DNA of 64,000 bases from Octopus vulgaris (lineage: Eukaryota): positions 127,472,001 through 127,536,000 of the forward strand of contig OX597816.1 in NCBI GenBank assembly GCA_951406725.2. The letters run 5' to 3'. Shown piece by piece: positions 27,151 to 38,848 of the stretch (positions are counted from its first letter, which is position 1; each line of letters opens with the position of its first letter). The notes below the pieces were generated by a model. The model did not search any database, had not been told where the DNA came from, and saw nothing but the letters and a program-made list of their open reading frames with translations. The position numbers and the translations under genes were made by a program.

Positions 27151-28410
27151 CTCTCTTGAAGTTGTTTCTTTATTCAATCCACAGATTTTTTTAAAATCTA
27201 TATATGGTATATCAAGTTTGCAGAAGTATTGGCAAGTGAAGACATGATTTTATGGTCGTTCATCAGAGTTGATTTATGTAAACCTCTTTTTTTATATATT
27301 TGTTTTGTTTTTTTTTTTGCTGTATTTAGTTTAGATGTTAGCTGTTTGCAGTGTAATCCAATTACTTGTAATAGTTTTGTTTTACTGTCAATACATACTA
27401 CTTACTACCATTTTTATGATCAAATTCAATATAGAAATGTAGTGGGCAACACTAACTGCCTTTTGAAATTTCACCTTGATGCTCAACAGATCCCAATTAT
27501 TTCTCTTTTAGCAATGTGCCATCATTGGTTGTCAAAGTTATTGTGTGGTACATGAAGTTATTTTCTTTATTAGATTTAGTTGTATTTATTCTGAATCTAT
27601 AAGTTTCAGGTTCAAACCACAAGATTAATCTCGCCTTTCATTCTTCCAGTCAAGTACAGAGATCAATATAATTGACTCCCACACTCCTAAATTTCAGGCC
27701 CTGTGCTTGTGTTAGAAACAACTATATCATTATTATTGTTGATGTTGTCATCACTGTTTCTGTTATTGAAGACCAAGACAGCAAAAAGAGCAACAAAGCC
27801 CACTTTTCAGAGAACTATCAGCCAAAATCTCTAGGGATAGTAAGAATAATCACTTTACGCCCTGTATTAGAAAGAAACCAGTAGACAGTAGCAATCAGTA
27901 GTGCTACTCCATCATCTCAAAATGAAGAAGAAATAATGGTTGCAGAAGAAAATGTACAAACTGTCAAAGAAACACTGAAAGAAAATGAAAAAAAATATAA
28001 AAAAATTAAAAGTCAACACAAAAGAACACTAAATGAGGGAGAAGGAACAATTTCTTCAAAGGACCAATGATATACCATCTCAGAAAAATAATGAATAGGG
28101 CAAAGCGCTATGACTCACTCTCCTTAGAAAAATGAAACAAACAACTGATCAACAAATTCTCACTTGTGTGAGTGATTTCAGAGATATTAAAAAAAAAAGT
28201 GAAAATAATGCAAGTGCAGCTGAGCAGAAAACTGACTTGTGGCATTCATTCTGGTTTTTAATATTCTGAGTTCATATCCTACCAGGGTTAACTTTATCTC
28301 TCATTCTTTCAGAGTTAATAAAATAAAATAAAAATCTTATCAAAGATTGATAGTGTTAACAAGCACCCATTAAAATTGTTAGCTTTGTGCCAAGATTATT
28401 ATTATTATTA

Positions 28411-28443
<33 letters not shown>

Positions 28444-28780
28444 GTTCATATGCACACAGCAGATTAAACTGTTGGAAAAGAAAAATTCCTAACATCCGGT
28501 TTCAACAAGTTACCTTAGATGCTAAAAACCTTCCTAAGTATCCTAGGTGTCCCTAATAATACTGTTTTCTGAAGCTGCACTAAATTAGGTTTTATGCCTA
28601 TTTCCTCTATCCATCTTTAGAGAGAGTTCCTAATGACCTATAACTACAGAGATACAATTTATCCACACTTTCCATAGTTTCTGTAACTCAATGGCTAGGT
28701 CCTACTACTTTGCTATTTTCATTATACTTCCCATATTGACGTTCTCATCATTTGGGAATGTAAAGTCTATTATCATTATT
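28444..28780 (-). mobile_element. R4/Dong-clade LINE 3' fragment (restriction-like endonuclease C-terminus)
   Basis: Minus strand IIDFTFPNDENV...KIAK**DLAIELQKLWKV...VVIG...QLQKTVLLGTPRILRKVFSI*. Its 3' end runs into (TAA)n at 28396-28443. Confidence 0.75.
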
Positions 28781-28829
28781 GAGTGAGAGAGCAGAGCATG
28801 TCATCAAAGTGATACTAGGGTAAAATATA

Positions 28830-30114
28830 CAAGGGATGCTCATTAAAGATTTCCCTTGACCCACTTCCTAAGGACTGGGATAAACGAAACTTGACATAAT
28901 TATTAGTCCTTTTCTACGTAGCTACCACCAATGGTGACATACTTCTCTCATCATTTTATGCAACTCTGAAGACCTCATCTGTAGAAGTCAGTAGGCTGTG
29001 TCCGTAGCCAAAACTTTGCCTTGCAAATAAGTTCATCATCTAAAAAGCACTTCCCTTCTAAAAAACTTCATGGCTGGAAAGAGGTGGAAGTTAGATAGAT
29101 GGTGCATGGTCGGGAGAGTAAGGGAGATGAGGAAGGATTTCATAGCTGCAGGAGTGTGCCTTCATCTGGACAATATGTGCATTGTGAACTGGAGTGTTGT
29201 CTTGGAGGAGGCAGACTCTTTTGGTCAGCAGGCCATACCTCTCTGCTTTGATGGCATCACACAATTTCTGCAGCAGAGAAGCATAATATGCCCTGTTAAC
29301 TGTGATGCCCTTTTCCAGAAAATCCATCATCACTACTGCATGCTGGTCCCAAAAGACTGTGAACATCACCTTGCCTACTGAGAGTTGGACACAAGCTTTC
29401 TTTGGAGGTGGCGAGTTATCATGCTTCCATTGCTTCAACTGGACTTCAGTTTCAGGATCATAGTGATGGACTCTTGTTTCATTGTGTGATAAGTCTACCA
29501 AAAAAGTCTTCCTCATTTTCTTGGTACTTTGCTACAAGAGCCTGGGAACAATTGCCTCATTCCTGTTTCTGAAAAGGTGTGGGCATCCAAGGAATCCATC
29601 ATGCAGACAACTTCTACATGTGCAAGTGGTCGTGAATGATTTTTTCTGTGAAGCCTATACTTTCTTTACTTCTTGGGTTAGTTGCCAAATCCTCCAAAAT
29701 GCAGCGATCCTCCAAAATGGCAGCCTCTATTTTATGGATGATGTCATCATCAGTGGCAGAATGTAGTCATCCAGGAATAGGATCAGTTTCCACCGATGTC
29801 TGACTACATTTGAATTGGCAATGCTAGTGCTTGACTACATTGTATGATAGTGCACCATCACCATAAACTTCTTTCATCTCATTGAAAGTTTCTTTTGGTG
29901 TACAACCTTTCAAGTATAAAAAACCTGATCACTGATCTGCATTCAACTGCCTCCATTTTAACACCTTAGTTCACTTCAGCAGCCATAAGGGACAAACAAA
30001 TACCAGTTTAAAACTATATGTAACATGTAGAGACGTATGATCATACTTGTACAAGTTCCATCTCCTGCAATAACTGAAAGTTGGTCAGAGGAAATCTTTA
30101 ATGAACATCCCTTG
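28830..30114 (-). mobile_element. Full-length, inactivated mariner (Tc1/mariner) DNA transposon, 1285 bp
   Basis: TIRs CAAGGGATGCTCATTAAAGATTTCC / GGAAATCTTTAATGAACATCCCTTG; TA on the left and AA (mutated TA) on the right. Transposase motifs HHYDPET...QW, GKVMFTVFWD, LLQDNTPVH, PYSPDHAPS; reading frame is broken. Confidence 0.92.
29091..29960 (-). pseudogene. Mariner transposase pseudogene
   Basis: ORF 29091-29516 gives the catalytic-domain motifs; the N-terminal part is interrupted by stops and frameshifts. Confidence 0.85.
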
Positions 30115-30560
30115 AACGAAGGCCAATATACCCATCATGACTACTAGTCTGATAAGGGTACACCAGGCACATGCACCACAATCATATGTGTGCAACATGG
30201 TGATCTCATATCAAGATAAACAGTACATGACCTTACAGGCGGGGCCCAGTTAGAATTTTCTTCAGTTCAAGTAACCTATCCCGCTCAAAAGGTCCCTGAA
30301 TGAGGTTTGTTTAAGGATGTTGAACAAAATATCCATGTTTCCAAAGGCAAATTATCCAAACACCAAATAATTCCTCTCAACACATGGCTATGATACTCCC
30401 CCACTACTTCTGCTCATATCACCAAAGATGCACATATCATCAGCCACCAAAGGACATGCTCACCTGATTAAGGTCAAACAACTAACAAGCAAATCTGTGA
30501 TATTGAGCAGAATATTTGCTGTAGCCCATCATTTATACCAAAACAAAACACCTGCATAAT
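30115..30560. repeat. Interspersed repeat probably interrupted by the mariner (continues at 28781-28829)
   Basis: GC-richer segment on both sides of the mariner, bounded by ATT-type repeats; family not identified. Confidence 0.45.
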
Positions 30561-30591
30561 TTATTATAATTATTATTATTATTGTTATTAC

Positions 30592-30632
<41 letters not shown>
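30560..30632. repeat. (TTA)n microsatellite
   Basis: Seen directly. Confidence 0.95.
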
Positions 30633-30634
<2 letters not shown>

Positions 30635-30775
30635 TGGGTTCAAATTCTGCCATGGTCAAATTTACTTTACATCTTTTTGAAGCCAATGAAATAGGAACCA
30701 CCTGAGCACTGGGGCTGATGTACTCAGTTAGCCACTCACACCTTAAAAGTGTTGGCCTTGTGCCAAAATTAGGAA
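30633..30775 (+). mobile_element. 5'-truncated SINE, same family as 16398-16611
   Basis: GGGTTCAAATTCTGCC...CACTGGGGCTGATGTA...GGCCTTGTGCCAAAATTAG; more degenerate copies at ~27603-27720 and ~28260-28395. Confidence 0.6.
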
Positions 30776-33472
30776 TCATCATCATCATTATCATCCTTGT
30801 AAACTTTGTCATCAACATTATTAATGCTGGCTTTGATTAAAGGCAAATGTCTTTTGATTTCAGGTAGGACTCAAATTTCTCTAGTAAAAGCATAATCATC
30901 ACAACTTCTAATTACTCACTGTTTTAGAATCTAATGTTTTATGCAGTAAATAAAGTCTACTGTTTCTAGTCATAAGAATTTCTTCATCTGTGTCAGACAT
31001 TGCATTATACCTTGAGCATAACACTTATTTCCAATTTACTTTATAACAAAGAAAAAACTCATAACAAATGGTAATGGAAATTATACAGATTGTACAAAGT
31101 GAGACTAAATTTAAATACTTTTCAGATCAATGTTCAAACTTTACAGGAACAGATTTAACCATGTCATTGTTTCATTATTGATCAAATAAGTATGACTAAT
31201 ATAGAATTGTAAAATTATTTAATTGTTCTATGTTCCCAAATAAGTAGGCCCTCAATTTTTTTTTAATAAAACAGAAAGATATTGTGTTATGAAGAGTAAC
31301 ATTAATACTGGACTAATCACTAACAAATCACTAGTAGTTTGCTTAGAAGTCACATGGTGCTAGGCTTGATCCCACTCAGCAGCAAATTCAGAATATGTTT
31401 TCTACCATGACTTTGAGTTGAGGTCATGCTTTGTAAAAAAATAATGAGTAAATTGAAAATGTGCAGAAGCCTATCAATTGAACTGCATATGATAAGTAGT
31501 GATTTATCTTTCCTTTCTCTCACTAGTCTCACATGTCCTTTAATGAGAATGACCAATGCTATCCCTCCGAACTAAGCCGTCAAAAAATCTATGAAATTAT
31601 ACATCAATAAACCCAAATTTACTTTACTATACAGTAAAGTAAATTTATTTACAGTATATGCTTTTGGTTTTCTAAGCATTTATAGCTGCTAAAAGCAGGC
31701 ATTAGAACAGCAGAACATTCCTAAATTAAGGATGTTGGGAAACATATTTTCATGAAACTGATTTTCTCTAGTGATTTGGTCTGAGTTTAAGACTCCTGAT
31801 AAAGTGGTTCTATACTCTCAGAATTAGAATATCTCAATAAAGTTTTTGGTAATTCATTAACAGTAATACTACAGGCAGCAATAACAATATTTATAGCTTC
31901 ATTAGTGTCAGCTTTAACAATGATTTCTTATATACAAAGCAAACATTTTCTGTGAAGTAGAAGCAATTCAGTTGATACAAGGAAATGCATCGATGTTTGT
32001 TTTATGACCACCAGAAATAGGAAAGCAAAGTGAAATCCAGTTGGGTTTCAACTCAGATCAAGGAACAAAATTCAATACCTTTTGCAATTAGTCCAGTACT
32101 CTGTCATTTATTAAAGCTGAAAATAGCACTGTGGAGATAGCATAATTGATAGTGTACAGGACTGATTGCAAAAGGTATACCAGTAAGTAAAATCACTGTT
32201 TGTTACATCACTGCTTACCTGTGTCATTAAAAATATCAATGTATTTATAACATTATAACTGTGGGAAATGTTACCAAAATCATTTAAAAATATTTATGAA
32301 TTTCACTATGCACTTACTGTTGAAGCAATTGCTTCTTATAATAACAATTCACCTGTGTTAAAAGTCCACCAAACTGAGATAGACTGAAATGTATCTCTCC
32401 CAAGTAGGCAACAGAACTGCTACAAGTAAGGTTGTGAATTTATAATTATGAAGCTAATATTCTATATGTTTATACTTGTTACCTTCTGATCAGAGTCCAT
32501 TTTGTTCTTGTCAATTTTTCATAACAATATATCACATTTTATACCCAACATTTTTATAACTGAAATAAGCTGATTCTTTAAATAAACTATTATAACATTT
32601 CATAGCCTTTATACAACATTAGTTCATATCCTGTTAGATTCAGCAGTGCATTTAAAATATTTAAGACGAAGATTCTCCATAAATTGGCATCCAAAATATT
32701 ATGTGAAAGCAAGTTTATGTAAGAAGTGAGTTTATAGTCAGCTTTATGTACATATCCAAAACCCAAATAAACAGAAATAGATTTTATATGTTTATAAACA
32801 AGATAAACCAATCAACATAATTAGCAAAATTTTCTTTGAGATTAATGTCATAGTGAATAAGAACTATTTTGTAAACGAAAAAAAAAATAGTAGATACAGA
32901 AAAGGATGAAAATGGGTAATAGAAAGATGAGAGTTTGAATATTTTGATTATAAAATATAATAAAAAAAAAAAGAAAGAATGGAAAGAAAAATGAGATTTT
33001 TATGTATTTCTCTTAAGAGCAAAAATTGTTCAAACACTATTTTTGTATTTCTTTAACAATTTCTATCAGTTATGTTATGGTTCAACTATAATTTATTTTT
33101 GATCAATACTTTTAACAGATAAAATTGCAAAAACAGAGTGACAGAGCTAATCATAATAAAATAAACTTTCACATTTCCTGATCGTTATATTTAAAGAAAA
33201 AATATTTTTAGTGGTTATCCATTTGATATTTTGGCACATGACGATCATAGATTACTGTAGCATACCTAAATTGAATTTGCCAGGTGTACTCCAAAAGTAA
33301 CCTGATTTGTAAAACAAATTTAGGTTAAAATTTCTTAAATTATATGCAGAATACCTAATGGATGATGTAGTTAATTTTTTACATTCAGAAATATATATTA
33401 CCTTTTATCAGTACCTGAAAATGAGTATTTTTTTTATTTAAAAAATAAATTTTCCAATGCTAAACTACTTTT

Positions 33473-33494
33473 AATAATAAGCTAAAATAATAAA

Positions 33495-33542
<48 letters not shown>
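33473..33542. repeat. (TAA)n microsatellite (SINE tail)
   Basis: Seen directly. Confidence 0.95.
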
Positions 33543-33742
33543 CCTTTCTACTACAGGTACAAGGCCTGAAATTTTTGGGGAGGAGATAATTCGATTACAT
33601 TGACCCTAGTGCAAAACTGAGACTTTTTTCATCAACCCCAAAAGAATGAAAGGTAAAGTCGACCTCGGCAGAATTTCAACTCAGAACATAATGACAGAAG
33701 AAATGCCACTAAGCAGATTACCCAGCATGCTAACGATTCTGT
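33543..33742 (-). mobile_element. tRNA-derived SINE, same family as 16398-16611
   Basis: GAAAGGTAAAGTCGACCTCGGCAGAATTTCAACTCAGAAC...CATGCTAACGATTCTG. Confidence 0.75.
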
Positions 33743-33982
33743 TGAGTCCTTGAGGACAGTATCAGAAGGCATCATGAAGAATATAAACGAAATTGAAATA
33801 GAGTACCCAGCAGAACTGTTATGAAAGGTTTGCCTCCTTGGGCACAACCTGAATAATCAGGAAAGCATCAGATAGTAGAAAAGAACAATTAGCATGATAC
33901 CGTAGACTGCAGGCAACAAGCCCATTATGCATGCAAGATTCCAAGAGTTCTAACAAAACCTGAGATAAAAAGAAATAATAAT
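33740..33982 (+). mobile_element. Second R4/Dong-type LINE 3' fragment
   Basis: ESLRTVSEGIMKNINEIEIEYPAELL*KVCLLG...IIRKA resembles GSLGTV...LLQKACLLGTARIIRKV; ends in AATAATAAT. Confidence 0.6.
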
Positions 33983-33983
33983 T

Positions 33984-34355
33984 CTTTCTAATTTTGGTAC
34001 AAGACCATCAACTTTGAGGGAAGAGGATAACACTGCCCCCCACACACACCACCCACACCCCTGTACACTATTTTTTCAATCCCAATCTAGGTAGATGGCC
34101 CTGAAAGTTGATTTAGCTGCATACACACCATTTGTGAACAAGTGAGACATATTCTCCTTGACGAAATGTAATGAGTAGTTTGTTCCCCAATTTGAACAGG
34201 CATCAAGCATATTCGAACTGATAACATTGCAATTTTACCTATCGCTCACTTAGCACTCCCACTCCACTATTTTTTCAAATCCAGGATGTTGAAAGACAAA
34301 GTTACCCTTGGTGAAATTTGAACTCAGAATGTAAAGAGCAAGGAAAATTGCCGAA
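33984..34355 (-). mobile_element. SINE (16398 family) interrupted by a ~180 bp insertion
   Basis: SINE 3' part at 33984-34080 and central part at 34265-34355, separated by unrelated sequence between direct repeats. Confidence 0.55.
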
Positions 34356-34796
34356 ATTTGTCAATCAAGGATACTTGTGTGAGAAGAGGCTTAAAAGAAC
34401 TGACATATTAATCAACTGAAAGCATTTCTTAATGTAAAAGTATAATTTTAAAGATGAAGTAGAAACTATTTTCATCCCATATATGTTATGTATTTGTGAA
34501 GCTAATTGCTTTAATAAGTACAGTCTAAACATCCCAACTTCAACATTAAGGCTTAAGCACCAAATTTTTAGTCAGCTGGCCCACGAGTTTATCTATTTCA
34601 GTATTCTCTCTTTAAAACTCTTCTTTAAAATACATCTATATTGTCCTCATCATGAAACTCATCCTCATCACCATTACTATTCTCAACATCATTATCATTG
34701 TTATTGTTATTCCATTATCATCTTAATAACTGTTTTCCATGTTTGTATGTGTTAAAACAGTTGTGCAATGAGATATCACAGATTCTCTTAATCTTA

Positions 34797-35310
34797 TAAT
34801 AATAATAATAATAATGAAATTATTGTATACAGGGCTCAGATGCACCACAACTTGTCAAAAGTGTGTATAGAGCATATGCAGTAATGTATAAATGTCTGGA
34901 AAGTGAACAGTGTATGAGTCAGATACATGCTTGCGTGTGTATGGAGGGGAGAAAATCAGGTGTAGTGTTGGCGAATCTCAAAAAGCATGGAAGTTTTGAA
35001 GGATGCAGTGCTCTAACAACTAACAACTGATGCCGACAGTTTGTTCCCTACTTCAGCAACTCTTAGCGTGAAAAAATGTTTCTGAAAGTCATTGGAGCTG
35101 TGCTGTTTTCTGACTTTGTAAGCATGTTCATGGGTGTTAGACAGCTGGAGTTTGAAAAGGTGCTCAGAGTTATTGTTTGTAAGATGGTTAATAATTTTAT
35201 GGGTGTCTGCCAAGTCAGCTGCCAGACGTTGGAGTTTCAATGTATTTCAATGCCCAGAGAAGTAAGGCGTTCAGAATATGACAAATGCCTGATGGAGGGT
35301 ATTCTTGAGT
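34797..35310 (-). mobile_element. CR1/L2-group LINE 3' fragment with (ATT)n tail
   Basis: LKLQRLAADLADTHKII...HAYKV...KHFFTLRVAEVGNKLSASVVSC*STASFK matches the CR1-type C-terminus (RxxFFSxRVxxxWNxLPxxVV...FK). Confidence 0.8.
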
Positions 35311-35908
35311 CATTTTATTCCAAAGCTTTGCTTCATGACATCTTCTAGTACCTTATGCTTTTCTCTACTATATAACTTCAAATCAAAACTAGTTTTAAAA
35401 TTATTATAATGTGTCACCGAATGTTAAATAATCAGATAGCAAAAGTTAAGGTTTCTTAGCTAACATCCATCTAAATACTAAATTATTTTTGTTGACTGCA
35501 TAGTCAGTATAGTCAAGAATGACGTTGAAATTATAATCACTATATTTAGCACCAATAATTACTTGTACAACTACCCTACTGGATATATCTATGCTCTCTC
35601 TCTTTCTTGCTATCTGTCTCTTTCTATTTGTCTCTCTCCCTCTCACACACATGACTAACAACCATACATGCACACACATGTACATTCATTCACAAACATC
35701 TGATAATGTCGATATGCTGATGAAACCCAGCATCCTATCAAATCATCAAAGTTAAAACACTCCAAAACTACTTCACTGCATTTGACAAAAGTAGCCTAAT
35801 GGAGAAATATTCCTGAATCTATCGCAAGAGAGTTGTAGGCAATTTCATTCATACACTTGTACACACAAATGCATGCACATACACACATACACACACATGT
35901 ACACAGTC

Positions 35909-35955
<47 letters not shown>

Positions 35956-36441
35956 CTCACATTCTTGCTTACACCATATAAGCATATACACAGACACACA
36001 CTCATCTGCTCATAGATTCACACATGTTCAAGCAATAGTAATACAAAAGAACTGAACATTAAATCAGCAATGAAGGTGATGTGTTGGCATTGGATTCAAC
36101 AATTCCCATCAGATCGTGGAAACTAAGTAGTGACAGGCCATGTCAGTACTCAGTTCAATGGTTATTCAGAAAACCTATCTAATTATTAACCAGGTACTTG
36201 ATGTAAATATCTAATCCATGTTTTATTATTTCAGAATAGTAAATTCATAACCTTACATGTTATAAAAGTTGGCTGATGAGAAGAATTTCTTGCCTTTATG
36301 CATAAACAGTTTTGAGTAATAAAAAAATGACCTTCTGAAAACATAACACATCTTATCGAGTTTATATCACACACACACACACACACATAAAAGAAATATG
36401 TACATACATACATACATGCATATATATATATATATATATCA

Positions 36442-36742
36442 TTAGAGTTATCTAAAAGAATTTCTATCCATTACTCAACATTTAGGGATAGAAATAAATG
36501 CAATAGTACCGGTCTCAGCAAACTGATTTGGGATTTAAAAGACCACAATGAACAATTTCATTTAGAATGGTTGATTCTCTCAATTTCGATACCATATGAC
36601 AAAGGCAAGGAATTTTGTCTTCTTTGCAATTCTGAGCTATTTTTCATTATTTTTTTCTAAAAATACTCTAGTAAACACGGTTATAGAGCGAGCATACAGA
36701 TGTAAGCATTGGCAAAAACATACATTTAGTGCATATAAGTAG
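36442..36742 (+). pseudogene. C-terminal half of a PLE GIY-YIG endonuclease (Naiad-like; different family from the 54-58 kb element)
   Basis: KRISIHYSTF...STGLSKLIWDLK...LEWLI...PY...CLLCNSE, a frameshift in a T-run, then LVN...E...CKH..K. Matches KxRxxxHxxSF/STxLSKxIWxLK/CxLCxxE/CRH. Clade assignment is from memory. Confidence 0.7.
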
Positions 36743-36942
36743 TCTCTATCATTATATATAATTTAAACTTTAATTTCCTTTATATTTAACATTCACTATT
36801 TAACATTCACTCTTTCTGTTAGCTACTTATGACGTTATATCATATAACGTTTTTTTAAACAATATTAATAGCGTTCTGTCTATCGCTATACAAATCCATC
36901 ATTTTTTGCTAAAATGTCTTATTGACAAGTTTCGCTTTTTTC

Positions 36943-37023
36943 ACTTTCCTCAGGATTGCATTGTTTATACCATTTATTCTTTTGAATAGTATCAGTGGAA
37001 TTTTCAAAACATGTGTCGAAAGT
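36943..37023 (+). ncRNA. Decayed hammerhead motif in the 3' region of the 36442 PLE fragment
   Basis: ACTTTC-CTCAGGA-(long imperfect stem II)-AAAAC-ATGT-GTC-GAAAGT; perfect 6-bp stem I and two core substitutions. Confidence 0.5.
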
Positions 37024-37064
37024 AAAAATATTTGATTACACCTGCGTTAAACTCCATTTATTTA

Positions 37065-37113
<49 letters not shown>

Positions 37114-37336
37114 TAGTAAAAATGGTAAGATAACAAAAGAAAAAAAGAGACCTCATTATTATGTAAATAGAAAAATTTATCTGTAAATATAATATGTGAC
37201 AATTATTCGGTAGCCAAGATAAAACTCTGAGTTTCGGATGCCGAGGTGGAAGTCCACACCACCATCGCTTCAGTTATTTGAAGAGATGGTGGTGTGGATT
37301 TTTATCTTGGCTACCGAATAATTGTCACATATTATA

Positions 37337-37339
<3 letters not shown>
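37114..37339. mobile_element. Fold-back hammerhead-bearing element inside a (TA)n tract
   Basis: Perfect 39-bp inverted repeat at 37186-37224 / 37300-37338, plus inner TCCACACCACCATC / GATGGTGGTGTGGA. About 70 nt of one-sided tail on the left; (TA)n at 37068-37113 and 37340-37367. Confidence 0.75.
37219..37277 (-). ncRNA. Hammerhead motif (A9C in this arm)
   Basis: Minus strand ATAA-CTGAAGC-GATG..GTGGA ct TCCAC..CATC-C-GAAAC-TCAGA-GTT-TTAT; the opposite arm reads TTGAAGA-GATG, giving a CTGAAGA consensus. Confidence 0.6.
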
Positions 37340-37372
<33 letters not shown>

Positions 37373-37588
37373 CAAAATAAGAAAATGGAGAAATACATCC
37401 AAATCAAATAACAACTACCAGATAATACCCAATCACATACTTTATTAAACCACTACATAAGAAACTTTAAGGTCAAACATAATAATATAGAACAAAACAG
37501 TGTACATAAAGGAGTAATATGATACAATAATTACAATATGTATAAGAGAATATAGATATAAATAAATACAGATATAAATATAAGCTAC

Positions 37589-37715
37589 ATCTTACAGCTG
37601 TTTCGGCCATGCAGATAAGTATGTCTCATTTTACTTATATTGGCCATGTGTGGTAGGTCAATATGTAGTTATAAATGAGACATTTACAAAAATATCCTAA
37701 GGCCTCTTCGGAGAT
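37589..37715 (-). ncRNA. Type I hammerhead motif with ~100-nt stem II (U4C variant)
   Basis: Minus strand ATCT-CCGAAGA-GGCC-(92 nt incl. ATGTCTCATTT/AAATGAGACAT helix)-GGCC-GAAAC-AGCT-GTA-AGAT. Confidence 0.7.
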
Positions 37716-38564
37716 TATGAAATACGAACCAAATTACATATACACTCATATAAGTGTGGGTACATACCCATAATAAATCATATACATATACATATGAGTG
37801 CATATACTCATACTCCTATACATATACATATACATAATAATATAAATAATATATAAATAAACATACATATGTTCCATATTCAATGTTATAGCTTTTCAAC
37901 TTAATATTATGATATTACAATGTAGAAAACATACACATATTAATACCCAAATGCAGATATACAGAGTCAAGAGTATATTATATTAATTTATATTAATTTA
38001 CAAAATGTCATTAATGTTAACATCATTACTATTAATGCTACCAATATCATTATTCTTATTATTAATAACACTAATACTAGCAAAAAAATATATAGATCAC
38101 ATTATTAGCAATATAATAGCAAAACCAAGGACCATAATAGTACTACAGTACCATGCAAAGCATTAAATATCTGCATATACATACAAAATAAGAAATAAAA
38201 GCATTCGGTTTACATGATATTAAGTTCCACTGGTGCATAGATGTACATACGAGTGCAAATTTATTGACATGTATGTATATATTATATATATTATTATATG
38301 TACATATTATAAATAAATATAGATATATGTTATGTGTATGTGTGTGCATGTGTGCTCCATGCATGTACATGTGTGTATGTGTGTGTGTGTTGAAAGGAAC
38401 ACAGAAAACATGATCAGTATTTATGCTTTAGAAATGTGCGTCTTCCAGGAAGCTGACTACCTGTTATACAACAAATGTGGCCATCTCACTTCAGCATTAA
38501 TGTAGCAACAATACAAATAAATGCAAATAATATATATATATACATATATAAACAAGCATATATA

Positions 38565-38595
<31 letters not shown>

Positions 38596-38596
<1 letters not shown>

Positions 38597-38848
38597 CAGC
38601 TCTTACCAGCCACTTATCTATCCCCAGTTTCTGCATTGACTACCAGATGAGGGATCGGAGGAACCAGTCAAAGGTTTTCTCCAAGTCAACAATAGCCAAG
38701 TACAGAGGTTTATCTTTGGTTAGGTATTTCTCCTGCAGTGGCCTTACCAAAATATAGCATCAGTGGTGCTTCTGCTTGGCACAAAACCAAACTGAATCCC
38801 ATCTAGGCTAACTCTCTCCCTAGTTAGTTAGGCTCTGACCCTCTCTGT
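38596..38848 (-). mobile_element. RTE reverse-transcriptase fragment
   Basis: QFGFVPSRSTTDAIF...QEKYLTKDKPLYLAIVDLEKTFD...LIW*SMQKLGIDKWLVRA. Confidence 0.85.

Noticed and set aside
27880-28130. Glu/Lys-rich open stretch as an exon
   Set aside because: Short, low-complexity and without clear splice signals; more likely a decayed LINE ORF1 piece.
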